From Macrostomum lignano (lineage: Eukaryota), in the NCBI GenBank assembly GCA_002269645.1, contig NIVC01001987.1, positions 68,463 to 132,462 on the forward strand: a stretch of 64,000 bases of DNA. Direction: 5' to 3'. Below, piece after piece: positions 1-13,100 of this stretch. A program made the translations under genes and the position numbers. Under the pieces are notes generated by a model that did no database searches, had not been told where the DNA came from, and saw only the letters and a list, made by a program, of their open reading frames with translations. The first letter of the stretch is position 1. Each line of letters starts with the position of its first letter.

Positions 1-71
1 TACGATGGCCCGGGGCTGAACCTCCAGCTTCTTGTCCGAGCCCTCGATCGTGTCGACGGAGAAGTCCTGGC
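1..71 (-). CDS. Possible internal coding exon of a gene running off the left window edge
   Basis: Minus strand reads cag|GC CAG GAC TTC TCC GTC GAC ACG ATC GAG GGC TCG GAC AAG AAG CTG GAG GTT CAG CCC CGG GCC ATC GTA (QDFSVDTIEGSDKKLEVQPRAIV). It is GC3-rich like the other exons and lies next to a minisatellite, as introns here do. No family recognised. Confidence 0.3.
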
Positions 72-87
72 CTGCCGAGGCGAGGCG

Positions 88-372
88 TTTTGTGGCGTGT
101 GAGACGGGGTGTTTTGAGGCGTGTGAGAGGCGGTGTTTTGAGGCGTGTGAGACGGGGTGGTTTGTGGCGTGTGAGACGGGGTGGTTTGAGGCGTGTTAGA
201 CGGGGTGTTTTGAGGCGTGTGAGACGGGGTGTTTTGAGGCGTGTTAAATGGGGTGTTTTGAGGCGTGTGAAACGGGGTGTTTTGAGGCGTGTTAGACGGG
301 GTGTTTTGAGGCGTGTTAGACGGGGTGTTTTGAGGCGTGTGAGACGGCATGTTTTGTGGCGTGTGAGACGGG
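88..372. repeat. 24-bp minisatellite (GTGTTTTGAGGCGTGTGAGACGGG), ~12 copies
   Basis: Direct periodicity; produces the RRVRRGVL ORF. Confidence 0.95.
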
Positions 373-1529
373 ACATTTGGTGTGCAATGCTAAATCACTA
401 GGGCGTATTGCATCTAGACAATTTGAAGCGTTTTTGTGATTCCCGCAGACGGGGAACTCAAGCACGGTGCTTCTGGTATTGAAGCGTTAATATGAGGGTA
501 CCATAGTATTTGGTGTTAGGCGGTGTTAGCGCGTTCTAAGTTGGGTTTAGAGTTAGTGCTGGAGTTTAGTCAAAAACAACAAGCTGAACTCACAGTTGCC
601 ACAGCCGAGCTGCAGCAGAAGCAGCAGCGGCAGGCCAAAAAGCAGACGCTGGAATTGAGCACAATCCGTGAGTCTCATTTCTGACAGTGAAATTCGGTAT
701 TTAAAGTGGCCAAGTCATCAGCAATTCAATGCAGATGATTTCACCCGAACGCAGCTAGCAACAGTAATCTGGGTTAGGAATTGCGGCCGGACCCCCGCAA
801 CTCTGCAGCTCTCTATAATGCCCGCCCAGCACTGCATGATGGATGGAAGGCCGTGAGGACGCCAGGCTGCCCGCATTCACCGCCACCCAGATCCCCAAGT
901 GTACGCAGCGGGTGTACACTGGCTGAACCCTTCATTCTGAATCACTCAGCCTCAAAGCCAGGCCTAATTAGTTAGCGCTGGGAAGAGAAATCGATGCCTG
1001 TGCTGCCTCATGCCAACTTTCCTGCCCCAGGCCGGGGGAGGCGGAAACTGCAGTCTGAGGCCAAGTTTTATGGCTTTCTTTGTGCAGGGCTGGGTTTATG
1101 GCCAGATCATGGCCCCGCTCTGCACTGCAAAGCCTGGAGCCGCAGATAGGCGTCAGCAGGCCTGCACCCGAGATGAATAGCAGGGGTTGAGCGTGACTAT
1201 CGAGTGATTTCCCAATAAATTCGTCAAGCTGCAGTGAATCGCAATTGGATATTATTGTAGAGTTTCGAAATTTCGCTGGGATAAAAATTAATTCATGCGA
1301 TTTTCAAAGCCTCAGTCTAAGATTGATCTTATAATTAATGAAAATAAAGCACATACTGGATAAGCATTGATGGAGCATTGGAACTCATCATATATATGCT
1401 TAATCTAAATAAAATTATGAAAATAAGGTAAATGAAATTCCACCACTGCGACAGGAATTCAGAGCCACCTTAACTTTGGAAAATTCTAAACTTTGGTTAA
1501 ATTGATTCTAGTAAATCAAAATTCTAAAT

Positions 1530-1745
1530 GGATTCCACTCCTCTCATTCACTCACTCATCAATTCACTCACACGATCTACTCCTCTCATTCACTCACTCA
1601 TCAATTCACTCACACGATCTACTCCTCTCATTCACTCACTCATCAATTCACTCACACGATCTACTCCTCTCATTCACTCACTCATCAATTCACTCACACG
1701 ATCTACTCCTCTCATTCACTCACTCATCAATTCACCAACACGATC
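1530..1745. repeat. 42-bp minisatellite (CTCCTCTCATTCACTCACTCATCAATTCACTCACACGATCTA), ~5 copies
   Basis: Direct periodicity (14-aa repeat in the ORF track). Confidence 0.95.
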
Positions 1746-2329
1746 TACCAGTTACCGCACATCATCCGTCAGAAATCCATTGAACAGGCAATTCCATAGA
1801 AGATCTGCACCGCCACGCGTTCCTCAACTAAGTGCGAATTCGCACCGCAACTCGTGATGCCTCACGCAACCGGGGCCAGCGCAGCAATAATTAAAACTCT
1901 TATCATAAAAAATAAACTCAGTCAAAGAGAGAGAAGCGCAGAGCATTCATTCGCAAAGCAGAAGCAGAAGCAGGGAAGCAGCAGCAGCAGAGGCCTGGGT
2001 CGCATCGAGTTGTTCAGTCACGCAACTGCAGCACCGCCACCAGATCAGATGTCGAGCTTGCAGTCGGCAGTTGGGTTTCTCCCCACAACTTGGGTGCTGC
2101 TGCTTCGCGAGGTGCTGCAGATCAGAGTTCGGGATTAGCCGATGGAGGCATCGAAACGTCTGTCAAAGTGATCACAGGTGTGGCAGGTGGGGCATGTGAG
2201 GCAGCAGCCCGGAAGAAACTCGACACCAGGAGGAGCTTTGCTATAAAATTGGGGCGCGCTCTGCTGCTCACAGGAGCAGAAGAAATCTCCCCAGCAGCCC
2301 GGCAGCCCGCAGCAGCAGAAGCAGCCACA

Positions 2330-4667
2330 ATGTCGGGCCGGCCGATATTCAAAAAGAGCAGCTCGAACAGCCGCCTGACCTGCTACCTGGGCAAGCGGGA
2401 CTACTTCGACGATCTGGCCACCATGGACCTGATCGATGGGGCGGTGCTGGTGGACCCCGGGATCGGGCCGGACAAGAAGGTGTTCGCGCACATCAAGTGC
2501 GAGTACCGGTACGGCCGGGGCGACATGGACAATGTCATGAACGGCGTCTCGTTCAAGAAGGACTTCTTCTTCGCCGCCACGCAGGTCTACCCGAGTGAGA
2601 CGCCAGCCAAGAAGCTCACGCCGCTGCAGGTTCGTCCACAAGGCCTTGGCGCTGATTGAGCGTAGATGTATTTTTTGCTATGGTGGCAAGATTCCTTAGA
2701 TCCCAGACCTGACCGCAATGTTTTGCTATGGGGGCAAGAGTCCCCAGATCCCAGACCTGACCGCAATGTTTTCCTATGGGGGCAAGAGTCCCCAGATCCC
2801 AGACCTGACCGCAATGTTTTCCTATGGGGGCAAGAGTCCCCAGATCCCAGACCTGACCGCAATGTTTTGTGCCAATTTGGTGCCATCGCAGATCAGCAGT
2901 ATTCTCAAATATCAGGGACCCTTGCCTCCCTCCGCCCCCTGTTCCGCGGCCCCGCAACCTGCAACTTTGTGGCTTGGGTGACCCTGGGAATAGGGAGAAC
3001 AATGGGAGAGATGAGAATGAGCGCTTTAAACCTGAGCTCACCGCAGTCATCAACTTCACTCCCGTCCGCCGCAGTCGAGCCTGCTGTCGAAGTTCTCGAA
3101 CGCGCATCCGTTCAGCTTCCAGCTGCCGCACGACATCCCGCCGTCGCTGATGATCCAGAGCACGGCGGTGTCGGACGGCTCGCAGGAGGAGGAGCCCTGC
3201 GGAGTCGAATACTACGTGCAGGTGTTCGTTGCTAGGCGCAAAGACGACCAGCCGCAGGGCCACTCGTCCGTGAAGATGGCCATCCGGCGGCTGACCTGCG
3301 TGTCCCCAAAGCCCGGAGAGGTCGGCAGGCCGTTGGCGGAGATCAACAAGGCCTTCCACCTACACTCCGGCAGCGTGCGGCTAGAGGTCTCGCTGGCCAA
3401 GGAGCTGCACCACCACGGCGAGCCAGTGCTGGTCAGCGTGGTGATCGACAACTACTCAAGCAACGTGGTGAAGGGCCTCAGCCTGAAGCTGCTGCAGCTC
3501 ATCGAGATCACGCTGTTCAAGGAGAAGGCCATTAAGAACGTCATCTGCAGCGAGTCGGTGGAGAAGGGCTTTCCGCTGGCCCCTGGACAGGCTGGCTGGT
3601 GCGAGACGTTCAAGCTGCGGCCCAACCTGGCTGACAACCGCAACAAGGTGCGGGAGCTGCCCCACCTGCTTTATAGAGTGGGGGGTTACAGGTGCTTTGC
3701 AGGTCTCTGATCTGCCACTGTGCCTTCATATCCGTTGTTTTCAACCTAATTTCTACATGAGAACCAGTGCGGCAGTTGAAAATCATGCTGCACAAGGCTG
3801 CTTGGAAGTCCTTTAGACGGGTATTAGCTTTTACGTGCGAGCGTATATGTAGCATGATGTACTGCATCATATCCGCTTTCAGCTCAAGTACATTTAGTGC
3901 TTTTGTTTGAAATTTCCCCACCCCTCCCAAATATCCTCAACCCGGAAAGGCTGGTGTGGCTCTGGACGGGAAGATGAAGTACCAGGACACGAACCTGGCC
4001 AGCTCCACCCTCATCCGGGACTTCCGCAACAAGGAGAACATTGGCATCATCGTGCAATATGTGGTGAGTTGACGGGAGACGCGGATTTAATTTAATCAGC
4101 TTATAATCGTATTGCAGACTTTTTTATTAGAACGCCGTGCTGCAAACTAACAGATTAATGAGGCTGGGTTTCTTTTGTGTTTCTGTAAAAGATGCGCTGT
4201 TTTTATAGAGGCCAGAGTGCAGCGGTAGTTTTGCTTTTTTCATGGAGTTCGATTTCGCATTGCGGATACATTAGTCTGATAAGTAGAGTGAGTACAACAC
4301 TGTGTGCGCTGCCCAGCGATGAGGGAAAGTCAGGGCAGGTGCACATAGTTTGAGTCTTGTTTGAGTGTGCGTGCGCTGCGGTTGTAGCGTAGGAATGTGC
4401 GCCTGAAGTTGCGCCAGCACAGCCGCATGCAAACTGACGACTTCCCGCTCACCCCTGAGCTGCCCCTCCCCCCGTCCGCAGGTGAAGGCCCGAGTGTTCA
4501 CCGGATTCGGCGGCCGGGACGCGGTGCTGGAGGTGCCGCTGATCCTCAGCCATCCGAAGCCCGTCGACGGCTCCAGCGAGGCCAAAAAGTCGGACGACGT
4601 CGTTTTTGAGCACTTCGCCCGGCTCAAGGTTGCCAAGCAGGACACCATTGCGGAGGCGCTGGACTGA
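2330..4667 (+). CDS. Arrestin (beta/visual arrestin family, divergent), 4 exons: 2330-2629, 3075-3647, 3950-4063, 4482-4667; 390 aa
   Basis: Motifs [61 protein letters not shown] and VVFEHFAR match arrestin N and C domains. All introns are GT-AG and the frame is continuous (1173 nt). Confidence 0.93.
2685..2870. repeat. 48-bp minisatellite, ~4 copies, in arrestin intron 1
   Basis: CCAGATCCCAGACCTGACCGCAATGTTTTCCTATGGGGGCAAGAGTCC repeated. Confidence 0.95.
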
Positions 4668-7029
4668 AGGACAAGCAAACTGAACTGCGATGATGACGCA
4701 ATGCTTTGAATGCGTATTGAGCACAGGGCCTCGGAGTGCAGGCAGCAGTTTCTGCAACCCAATAGTTACAGAGCTTTCCCCAATGGAAAGCAACGATCGA
4801 TGGGAGATTGGAATTCATGGGAAATTTCAGTACAGGCACATCCGGTGGGTTTCAGACTGCTCATGCCTGTATGCAGCCGAGAGCCACTATGAGTAGCGTA
4901 GTGCATTAGCTATTTAATGTGGTTAGCGGCCAGCGCCTTGCACCCCCCAAGACACTTAAAATACAAAAAGTGCACCGCGGCGGAGCTGCAGCCGCTGGCC
5001 GCCTTCAAGGGCGCTGAACGGCAGCGATCAGCAGCTGCCTACCCTGCAGCGCTGCGGTTGAGCGCTGATTAGGCGGTGAGCGACTGCAGCTGGAGCCGCA
5101 GCTTGAGAGCAGCAAAGGTTTTGACACTCGCCTGCCCTCGAATCACAAAGTCCCGGCTTCCTGTGTTATTTATGTCCCGTGTCCATGTAAACTAAATGAC
5201 AAAGGCGGAGAGCACTGTGCTCAATGATAATTTCCATTGCTGAGCAAAACTTTCCGACCACTCCAAAGAAAGTGGACAGGACACAACTGTATTAACTGGA
5301 TCAGACAGTGCTAGAAGTGGAAAGGTAAGAAATCAGCTGCTGGTTATCGGATTGAACAGGCTAGATAAACAAACGGATTAGAAGGTCTAAGGTGAAAATT
5401 GCGCATAGAGAAAGCGGACAAAAGCGCAGCGAATACCTGAACCGAAAATCAGTAGCAGACAGGCGGTAAAATTGCTGACACGCAGGTTAAAATGGCTATG
5501 GATAAATGTGTGCGGATTACAGGCTTGGGAAATTCAAGGTGAAACGAATAGCAGTGCAGAGATGGAGGCTCGGACAGACAGCCAGGTATCACAGACGGCC
5601 GCAGCCAGGTAGAACTCAGCCTCAGACAGAATACAAGCAATGCGCGCTATATGCTACTGATTGGAAATTAATGCTAGCAGTAGTATATAGTGAGCAGCGC
5701 ACAGCGACAGACGCAGTAAAAGGCGGGAGCGCGACTGGACCAAAGCAGGACAAACAGCAAATTTGTTGATCATAAAATCTGAGTGAAAATGTTGGTGCGC
5801 CGCTAAAATTGAATTGGAAAAAGAGTGACAGCAGAGCGGAACAAAGACTCCGATAGGCACTGACAACATTGAATACTTGATCTGAACTTGGCTAGCGGAC
5901 CGAACCGACAAAAGTACACGGAGAACGAAGCTGTCAGGTGTGTACAGAGTTGGGTAGCATACAATGTCAGGCATGAAAGCGAGGATAAAGAAGTTCAAAC
6001 ACGAATCCACAACTATGGATCAGGACTGGGAATCTATTTGTTATGATAAAGGATGAAAAATCAAAGCGGTATCGAGCTGATTAAAAAAATTGAAAGCAAA
6101 TCAAAGATGTTCATAAATGTTTCACAATTAAAAAGGCCCATTCGAGCAAAAAAGGTACTGCGACAGTAGACGGAAATCATTCGCACATATTGCTACGATG
6201 AGTAGGGCAAATGTATGCAGGGCATTGGCATTTTGTGCAGTTGTTGCGCGAGCTCAACACGGTGAGAGAGTCAATACTGGAGCTGCACTAGCCGGTGACC
6301 GAGCGGACTTACTACTGACAGTAACGTGATTAGCAAGTGGTCATCAGAAGTCAAATGTCACAATAATTATGCAGATTATGCACGCACCAAAACGGGCAGC
6401 TGGCGTTAAAATCTTGTTAAAAAAACTCGGTCAAGAATTCGGTGCGTGAGAGCAGGCAAAGACAACAGATTAAGCACAGTAAATATGTCAAAACAATACT
6501 AATCAATATAGTATGTGCCTTAGGAATCATTAACTATCTTCTTAGAGCAGATGCGGGCAATCCGAGATAAGGATTGCACAAAATTTCCTACCGTGATGGC
6601 AAACTGAGACCGAGTCGGGGGGGGGGGCAGAGAGCAGCCGGTTGCGAACCAGGCCAGCAGTTGCTCAGCTGCCCCTGTGTTTGAGGAGACAGGCTAACAG
6701 TAATTTCTGCTATCAGTTTCAAACTGCTGTTGGCCCAGCTCTACCTGCCCACACCTGCTGAGCTGGAAAGCCCCGGATGCAATAAAAAGAGATCTAGATA
6801 ATTCTGCATTTTGAAAACAGTTATTTTCTGAGTCTTCATAGAGATCTGTGCGTCAAAAACAGAACAGTAGTGCAAAAGCTAACAGCAAAACAATTCAATT
6901 ATAAATAACTGAAACTCCTGATTAAACATGCAATTGGAAATATCTGCTTCGGTAATTTTTGTAAATTGCTCTAGCATAATTATTTGTATTAGCACACAGA
7001 AAGGACAAGACGTTAAGCATAGATAGAAA

Positions 7030-7146
7030 AAAGTACATGACCTGCGGGGTCAGGCAAAGTACATGACCTGCGGGGTCAGGCAAAGTACATGACCTGCGGG
7101 GTCAGGCAAAGTACATGACCTGCGGGGTCAGGCAAAGTACATGACC
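7030..7146. repeat. 26-bp tandem repeat that includes the Argonaute stop codon, ~4.5 copies
   Basis: AAAGTACATGACCTGCGGGGTCAGGC units start at 7030, 7056, 7082 and 7108, with a partial unit at 7134. Confidence 0.95.
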
Positions 7147-10100
7147 CGCATGGACTCGGGGTGGACGGTGACGGCCCTCAGCATAGCGGCCGGGTTGTTC
7201 CGCTCGTCCGAGTTGCTGCCGCTCTTCTGGGAGCCCTCGCCGGAGTCGATCTCCTTCTCCACCAGGTGGTAGCGGGCCCGGAAGGCCACCAGGTGGGCAT
7301 AGTAGGCGGGGGCGGGGATGCTGACGGAGCGGGTGCAGCGGACATAGGTGTGGCACAGCTGGTAGGTCAGCACCTGCAGCTCGTCAGCCGAGAATCGGTT
7401 GTCATCCCACAGCACGTGGTAGTGCGATGGCCTGCTGGTGCCCTGCAGGACGGGTGCGGAGGTTAGGGATCGTCTTTATTGCCGTGGAAACAACAAGATT
7501 GACAGGGAGCTGCAGCCCAGGGTGTTGAGGACTCAATATCTGAAGGCTGAGTACATCTAGCCTTTGGAATGTGCCGAGACTCGCAACTCCTACCCTGTAT
7601 TTCTACCGCAACTCAGAGCTGCTATCCTGGGAACTGGGGGCTCAGCCTAACTTGCCACCTGTCTCATGGTGGCTACCTGCGGGGGTGAGGCTTTGAGCCC
7701 CTATTCAGCTGTGTACAAGGCGAGTACACCAGGCACTGAGGGCCTACCTGAATGCCGGCATGGCTGCACAGGTAGAAGTCGAACTCAGTCGGGTGGGTGA
7801 TGGTCTGGTCCACGGCTGTGCCAGCCGGAATGTTGCCGCTGCGGCCCATGCGGTCGGCGGTGTCGGCGCAGAACAGGCGGGTGTGGTGCCGCTTCTGCAC
7901 CACCACGAAGGTGATGCCGGGCTGGTAGCCCATCTCCAGGCGGGTGCAGGCCTCCCGGATGGCGCGCAGCTCGTGGGACTGCACCGCCATGAACTGGCCC
8001 TCGCTGACCCCATCCCGGTAGTACACAATGCGAGTCGGCTTGAATCGGGTGCTGCGGTAGAAGTGCAGCAGCAGCTCCCGCACCATGGCGCACAGCTCGG
8101 TGATTTTCTCCTCCCTGTGGGCCTGGACTCGAACCGTGGCCGCGTACCGGCTGGGGTGGGCGTCCATGCTGGCCACCACGGCGGCGATGGACGGCTTGGC
8201 GCGGTCTCCAGCGGGCGGGTGGGTCACGTCACCGCCCATGAATATGATGGGCTCGCGGAACACGGGCGGCCGCATGCCAGGCACCAGGATGGAGTTGATG
8301 CCGCCCAGCTTCACGTTGATCTTCAGGCAGAGATTGCTGAGCGTCTGTGGCGAGGTTTTGTTCACGTTCTTGGCCTGCACGCACTGGGTGGCCAGGCCGA
8401 ACAGGATGTCGCCCACTCGCTTCACTTCGGCGTACACCTGTAGGTGGTGCGGTTGGTCTCAAGCATCAGGTATCAGCAGGCTTTGAGCATTAGTTATCAG
8501 CAGGCCTTGAGCATTAGTTATCAGCAGGCTTTGAGCATTAGTTATCAGCAGGCCTTGAGCATTAGTTATCAGCAGGCCTTGAGCATTAGTTATCAGCAGG
8601 CCTTGAGCACTTACCGGTGTTTTGCCAGGCAGCACCACCACAATGAGCTGCAGGCCAGCAAAAGTGTTCTTGAGATAGCGGAACATCGGCTCCACCTGGT
8701 CCTGGCCGTTGGCGTACTTGCAGAAGCAGGGCTGGCCGCTGATCAGCATGCCGGCGTCCTGCGAAATCCGCTGCAGTTGCTGGGTGAACTGACGCAGCAT
8801 GTCCTCCCGCACGGTGCGCTGTGGAGCGAAGCAGGCGATGGCCCACACCTTGATCTCAATGCCGGCGAAGAACTGCTTGCCGCGCATGTCCCAGACTCCC
8901 TGCTGCGGCACCGCCTGGGCCCGGGTGCGCCCGCCGTACTGGATCTTCGGGGCAGGCAGCACACGGCCGCCGATCTCCGCCATGCGGGTCTGGACCTGCG
9001 GAGTGGCGGGGTAAATGTACTTTAAGATCTGGCAGCAGCCTTACTGCGGGCTATACATGTACTAAGAACATTTACTAGGTTTTGAGTCGCTGCATCAATG
9101 CTCTGAGCTCAAGCTTTGTGGTTCTGAGTCGCTGCATCAATGCACTGAGCTCAAGCTTTGTGGTTCTGAGTCGCTGCATCAATGCTCTGAGGTCAAGTTT
9201 TGTGGTTCTGAGTCGCTGCATCAATGCTCTGAGCTCAAGCTTTGTAGTTCTGAGTCGCTACATCAATACTCTGTCTGAGCTCAAGCTTTGTGGTTCTGAG
9301 TCGCTGCATCAATGCTCTGAGCTCAAGCTTTGTAGTTCTGAGTCGCTACATCAATACTCTGTCTGAGCTCAAGCTTTGTGGTTCTGAGTCGCTGCATCAA
9401 TGCACTGAGCTCAAGCTTTGTGGTTCTGAGTCGCTGCATCAATGCTCTGAGCTCAAGCTTTGTGGTTCTGAGTCGCTGCATCAATGCTCTGAGCTCAAGC
9501 TTTGTGGTTCTGAGTCGCTGCATCAATGCTCTGAGCTCAAGCTTTGTAGTTCTGAGTCGCTGCATCAATGCTCTGAGGTCAAGCTTTGTGGTTCTGAGTC
9601 GCTGCATCAATGCTCTGAGCTCAAGCTTTGTGGTTCTGAGTCGCTGCATCAATGCTCTGAGCTCAAGCTTTGTGGTTCTGAGTCGCTGCATCAATGCTCT
9701 GAGCTCAAGCTTTGTGGTTCTGAGTCGCTGCATCAATGCTCTGAGCTCAAGCTTTGTGGTTCTGAGTCGCTGCATCAATGCTCTGAGGTCAAGCTTTGTA
9801 GTTCTGAGTCGCTGCATCAATGCTCTGAGGTCAAGTTTTGTGGTTCTGAGTCGCTGCATCAATGCTCTGAGCTCAAGCTTTGTAGTTCTGAGTCGCTGCA
9901 TCAATGCTCTGAGCTCAAGCTTTGTGGTTCTGAGTCGCTGCATCAATGCTCTGAGCTCAAGCTTTGTAGTTCTGAGTCGCTGCATCAATGCTCTGAGCTC
10001 AAGCTTTGTAGTTCTGAGTCGCTGCATCAATGCTCTGAGCTCAAGCTTTGTGGTTCTGAGTCGCTGCATCAATGCTCTGAGCTCAAGCTTTGTGGTTCTG

Positions 10101-13100
10101 AGTCGCTGCATCAATGCTCTGAGCTCAAGCTTTGTGGTTCTGAGTCGCTGCATCAATGCTCTGAGCTCCGGCTAAAATCGCCTTTGCAGATCATTAAATG
10201 CTGACACGATAAGCTCGTAAAGCATAGGCTGAGGCGGATTAAAGCAGAGGTAAGGGGGCCGGAGCACTGCCGCTGTTTCCCACAAGAAGCGAGCAGCAGT
10301 CTCGCCATTTCACAGCAATTTGGAAAATCAGCAAAGAAAACAGGCTCAGGGTGAAAATGGGCACCAGCAGGTGCGCTCGAGTATAAAAAATAGCCCCATG
10401 TAGAGCCGACTGAGGTTGGGAAGTGAAATCTTCCAGCCTGCAATCTACATGCAGGCATTAAACACTAAGGCTGCTGCATCGAAAATTGCCGCCGCTCAGC
10501 GTCCACCTGCGTCAAAGCAGATTATCTGGCAAAAAAGAAACACAAGCCAGAAAATTGCTTAGAAACAGCCAGAATGCAGGCAACACCGGCCGGTGCTCCT
10601 CGTAAGCATGCCACGGTGACAAACCTGAATGCCGAATGTCTGCAGGTGGCTGTCGTGGTTGAAGTTCGCATTGCGCACCAGGTTGTTGATCTCGCGCTCG
10701 CGATCGGGGGCGGATCGGGCAGTGGCCTTGATCATGGTTGATGTCTGCGAGTCCGTCAGCTTCTTGATGCAGCGCTGGCCGCTGACTATGTTGCACACCT
10801 CCAGTGGCAGGTAGGTGTGCTTGTTCTCCTGGCCCACCTGCAGACAGGGAGTGGGGCGAGAAACAGTTCACGGTGACGGCTTGGCAACAAATTTGTGGCT
10901 TGCTGCTCACTGCTTGTCTACAAGGATGAATGAGTGCTTACTGCATCCTGGACCCAGTCTGGAAACCCTTCACCCCAGTCTGCAGCGCATAGGAAACCCT
11001 TCACCCCAGTCCGTAGCGCACAGGAAACCCTTCATCCCAGTCCGTAGCGCACAGGAAACCCTTCATCCCAGTATGTAGCGCACAAGAAACCCTTCATACC
11101 AGTCTGCAGCGCACAGGAAACCCTTCACCCGGTCATTACCTGCAGACAAGGCAGCATGGGGCGCAGCCGCATCCGGTACCGCTCAGCAAAGTACTTGGCC
11201 ACTGTGCAGTCCAGAGTCTGGCCGTTCTCCATCTGCAGCGGAAATGTCTGAGCGCTGGCGGGCTTCCGGGTGACATTGCAAACTCGGTATTTGCGCCTCA
11301 TCTGGCCGCCGTGAGTGATCTCAATCTTCAGGCCCTTGATCTCTTTGGTGAACTTCACCCGGTTCGAGTCGCTCAGCGGTTTCTTGCTGTACTCCTCCAG
11401 GTCGTGCGAGTCCAGCACGTCGCGCAGGAAATCGCAGACGCTCTGCGCCTTGTAGAAGGCGGTGGCGGACACGTCGATGTTGAGCATCATCTTCCAGTGG
11501 CTGGGCCGGACGCTCTGGTGGAAGCCGAACCAGACCTCCCGGCCGCTGCCCAGCGGGTGCTCGCTGCCAGCCTGCGGCGGCTGGAAGAAGGATCGGCCCA
11601 CGGGCGTGTAGTGCAGGCTGGGCAGGTGCCGCATGATCACGTCCAGCGCGTTCACCGCGTCCATCGGGATGCCCCGCCTGCGGCCTTCAAGGGCCTCCTC
11701 CAGTGCAAACAACGACACCTCGCCCAGGTATTTTAATGACACTTTGAAGACGCGGTCGCGGCCGCCCTCGCCGGGCAGGGTCACCTCCAGCTCGCGTCGG
11801 TCGGTGCCAAACGGTAGCGGGTCTCTGCGGGGGCGGGCCAGTTTTACGAGACTCAGCTGAATCACAGTGCATGCAGTGCGGCAGAAGAAATGCCAAGGCT
11901 TTGATAACCCAACACTGAATGCACACAAGTCCACTAAATAGTTTTTATCTAAACTTGCAGCTCCCTCCTTTACCCTCTGTTTTAAAACAAAATAAGCATG
12001 TTTGTAAACAAGTGGTTATTGAGTCTGGCTCTCGTGTCAAGGTTGGTGTTATTCTTATGCGCGACCAAATTATATTTAGGCCTTTGATTCATGAAGGAAA
12101 TTTATACTGAGCGTGTGCAATTCTCGCCGATGAGGGCCAAACCCCTAAGGCTGTCTGGCAACGAGAAAGCCTGGCCGCTGTGCGCCCTATGTGGGCGTGT
12201 GCCATGTGCGCAAATGTGTGCGTGCTAAGGGGTCAGCCAGCGGACTGAGCATAGCTACCTACTGGCCAAGTAGTGGGTCACTAACAGTAAGATTAAGTGG
12301 GGCCGTAGCCCAGCGGTCTAGCGCAGGCTCTGGTGTGCGAGTGGCCCAGGCCTGACTCCAAATGCAGTCACATTATTTGGGGCTACATTGGAATCTCGGC
12401 TTGCAACTGCTCGTGCAACTATCGTACTTGAGGGCCAACCCCAAGGCACAGTGAAGTGTACGCCAAAGGATAAATAGAGTTAGGGCCGCTGTGAGTGTGT
12501 GACTGCTCAGGGAAGTCTGCGCAAGGGCAGTAATGTCTATCGCCGGTTGTGTGACAATGTCACTTAAAGTGCACCAGGGTGCGCACAGCCCCCTTGCCTC
12601 GAATAGCAGATAAGATAAGGGTCTCACCTGGTGTACAAGTTTTTCCTGCCATCAAACACCGGCCGCTGGTTGAAGAACAAGTTCTGGTGGTGCATGGAGT
12701 TCACCATGATGTCAATGATCTCCCGGTTCACCCGGCGCGGACACTTGTCGGGCGTTATGGCCACATCGTAGTGGTGCAGGAATCCCTTGGGCAGGCGGAT
12801 CTCGAAGTGGTTGGCCCGCAACATGATTGGCCGTCCCTCCTGGCCGCGGCCCGGTCGCATTGGCGGCTGGAAGACGATGACAGGCGACAGCTGGTCGCCG
12901 CCTCCACCACCGCCGCCGCCCGAGTCGCTGCCGCCGCCGAAGGCGGAGCCGGGCCCGGAGCTGCCACCACCGCCAGCGCCGCCCGTGGATGAGGCGCCAC
13001 CGGAGCTCTGAGGCGGTGGTGCCTGCGGATTGAAGCTGCCGCCAGGCAGTGCCAGCGGTGGTGGCTGCTGCTGCTGGGAGCCGCCAGGAGGCACTGGGAG

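Noticed and set aside
2090-2329. 80-aa in-frame N-terminal extension of arrestin and a TATAAAA at 2242-2248
   Set aside because: The extension starts at GTG and has no homology; ATG 2330 matches the family start. The TATA-like motif has no transcription-start evidence
9075-10168. CRISPR-like appearance of regular arrays here and elsewhere in the window
   Set aside because: No unique spacers, no cas genes, eukaryotic intronic context
9082-10204. Long periodic ORFs ([28 protein letters not shown])
   Set aside because: 42-bp repeat inside an AGO intron; open in several frames at once
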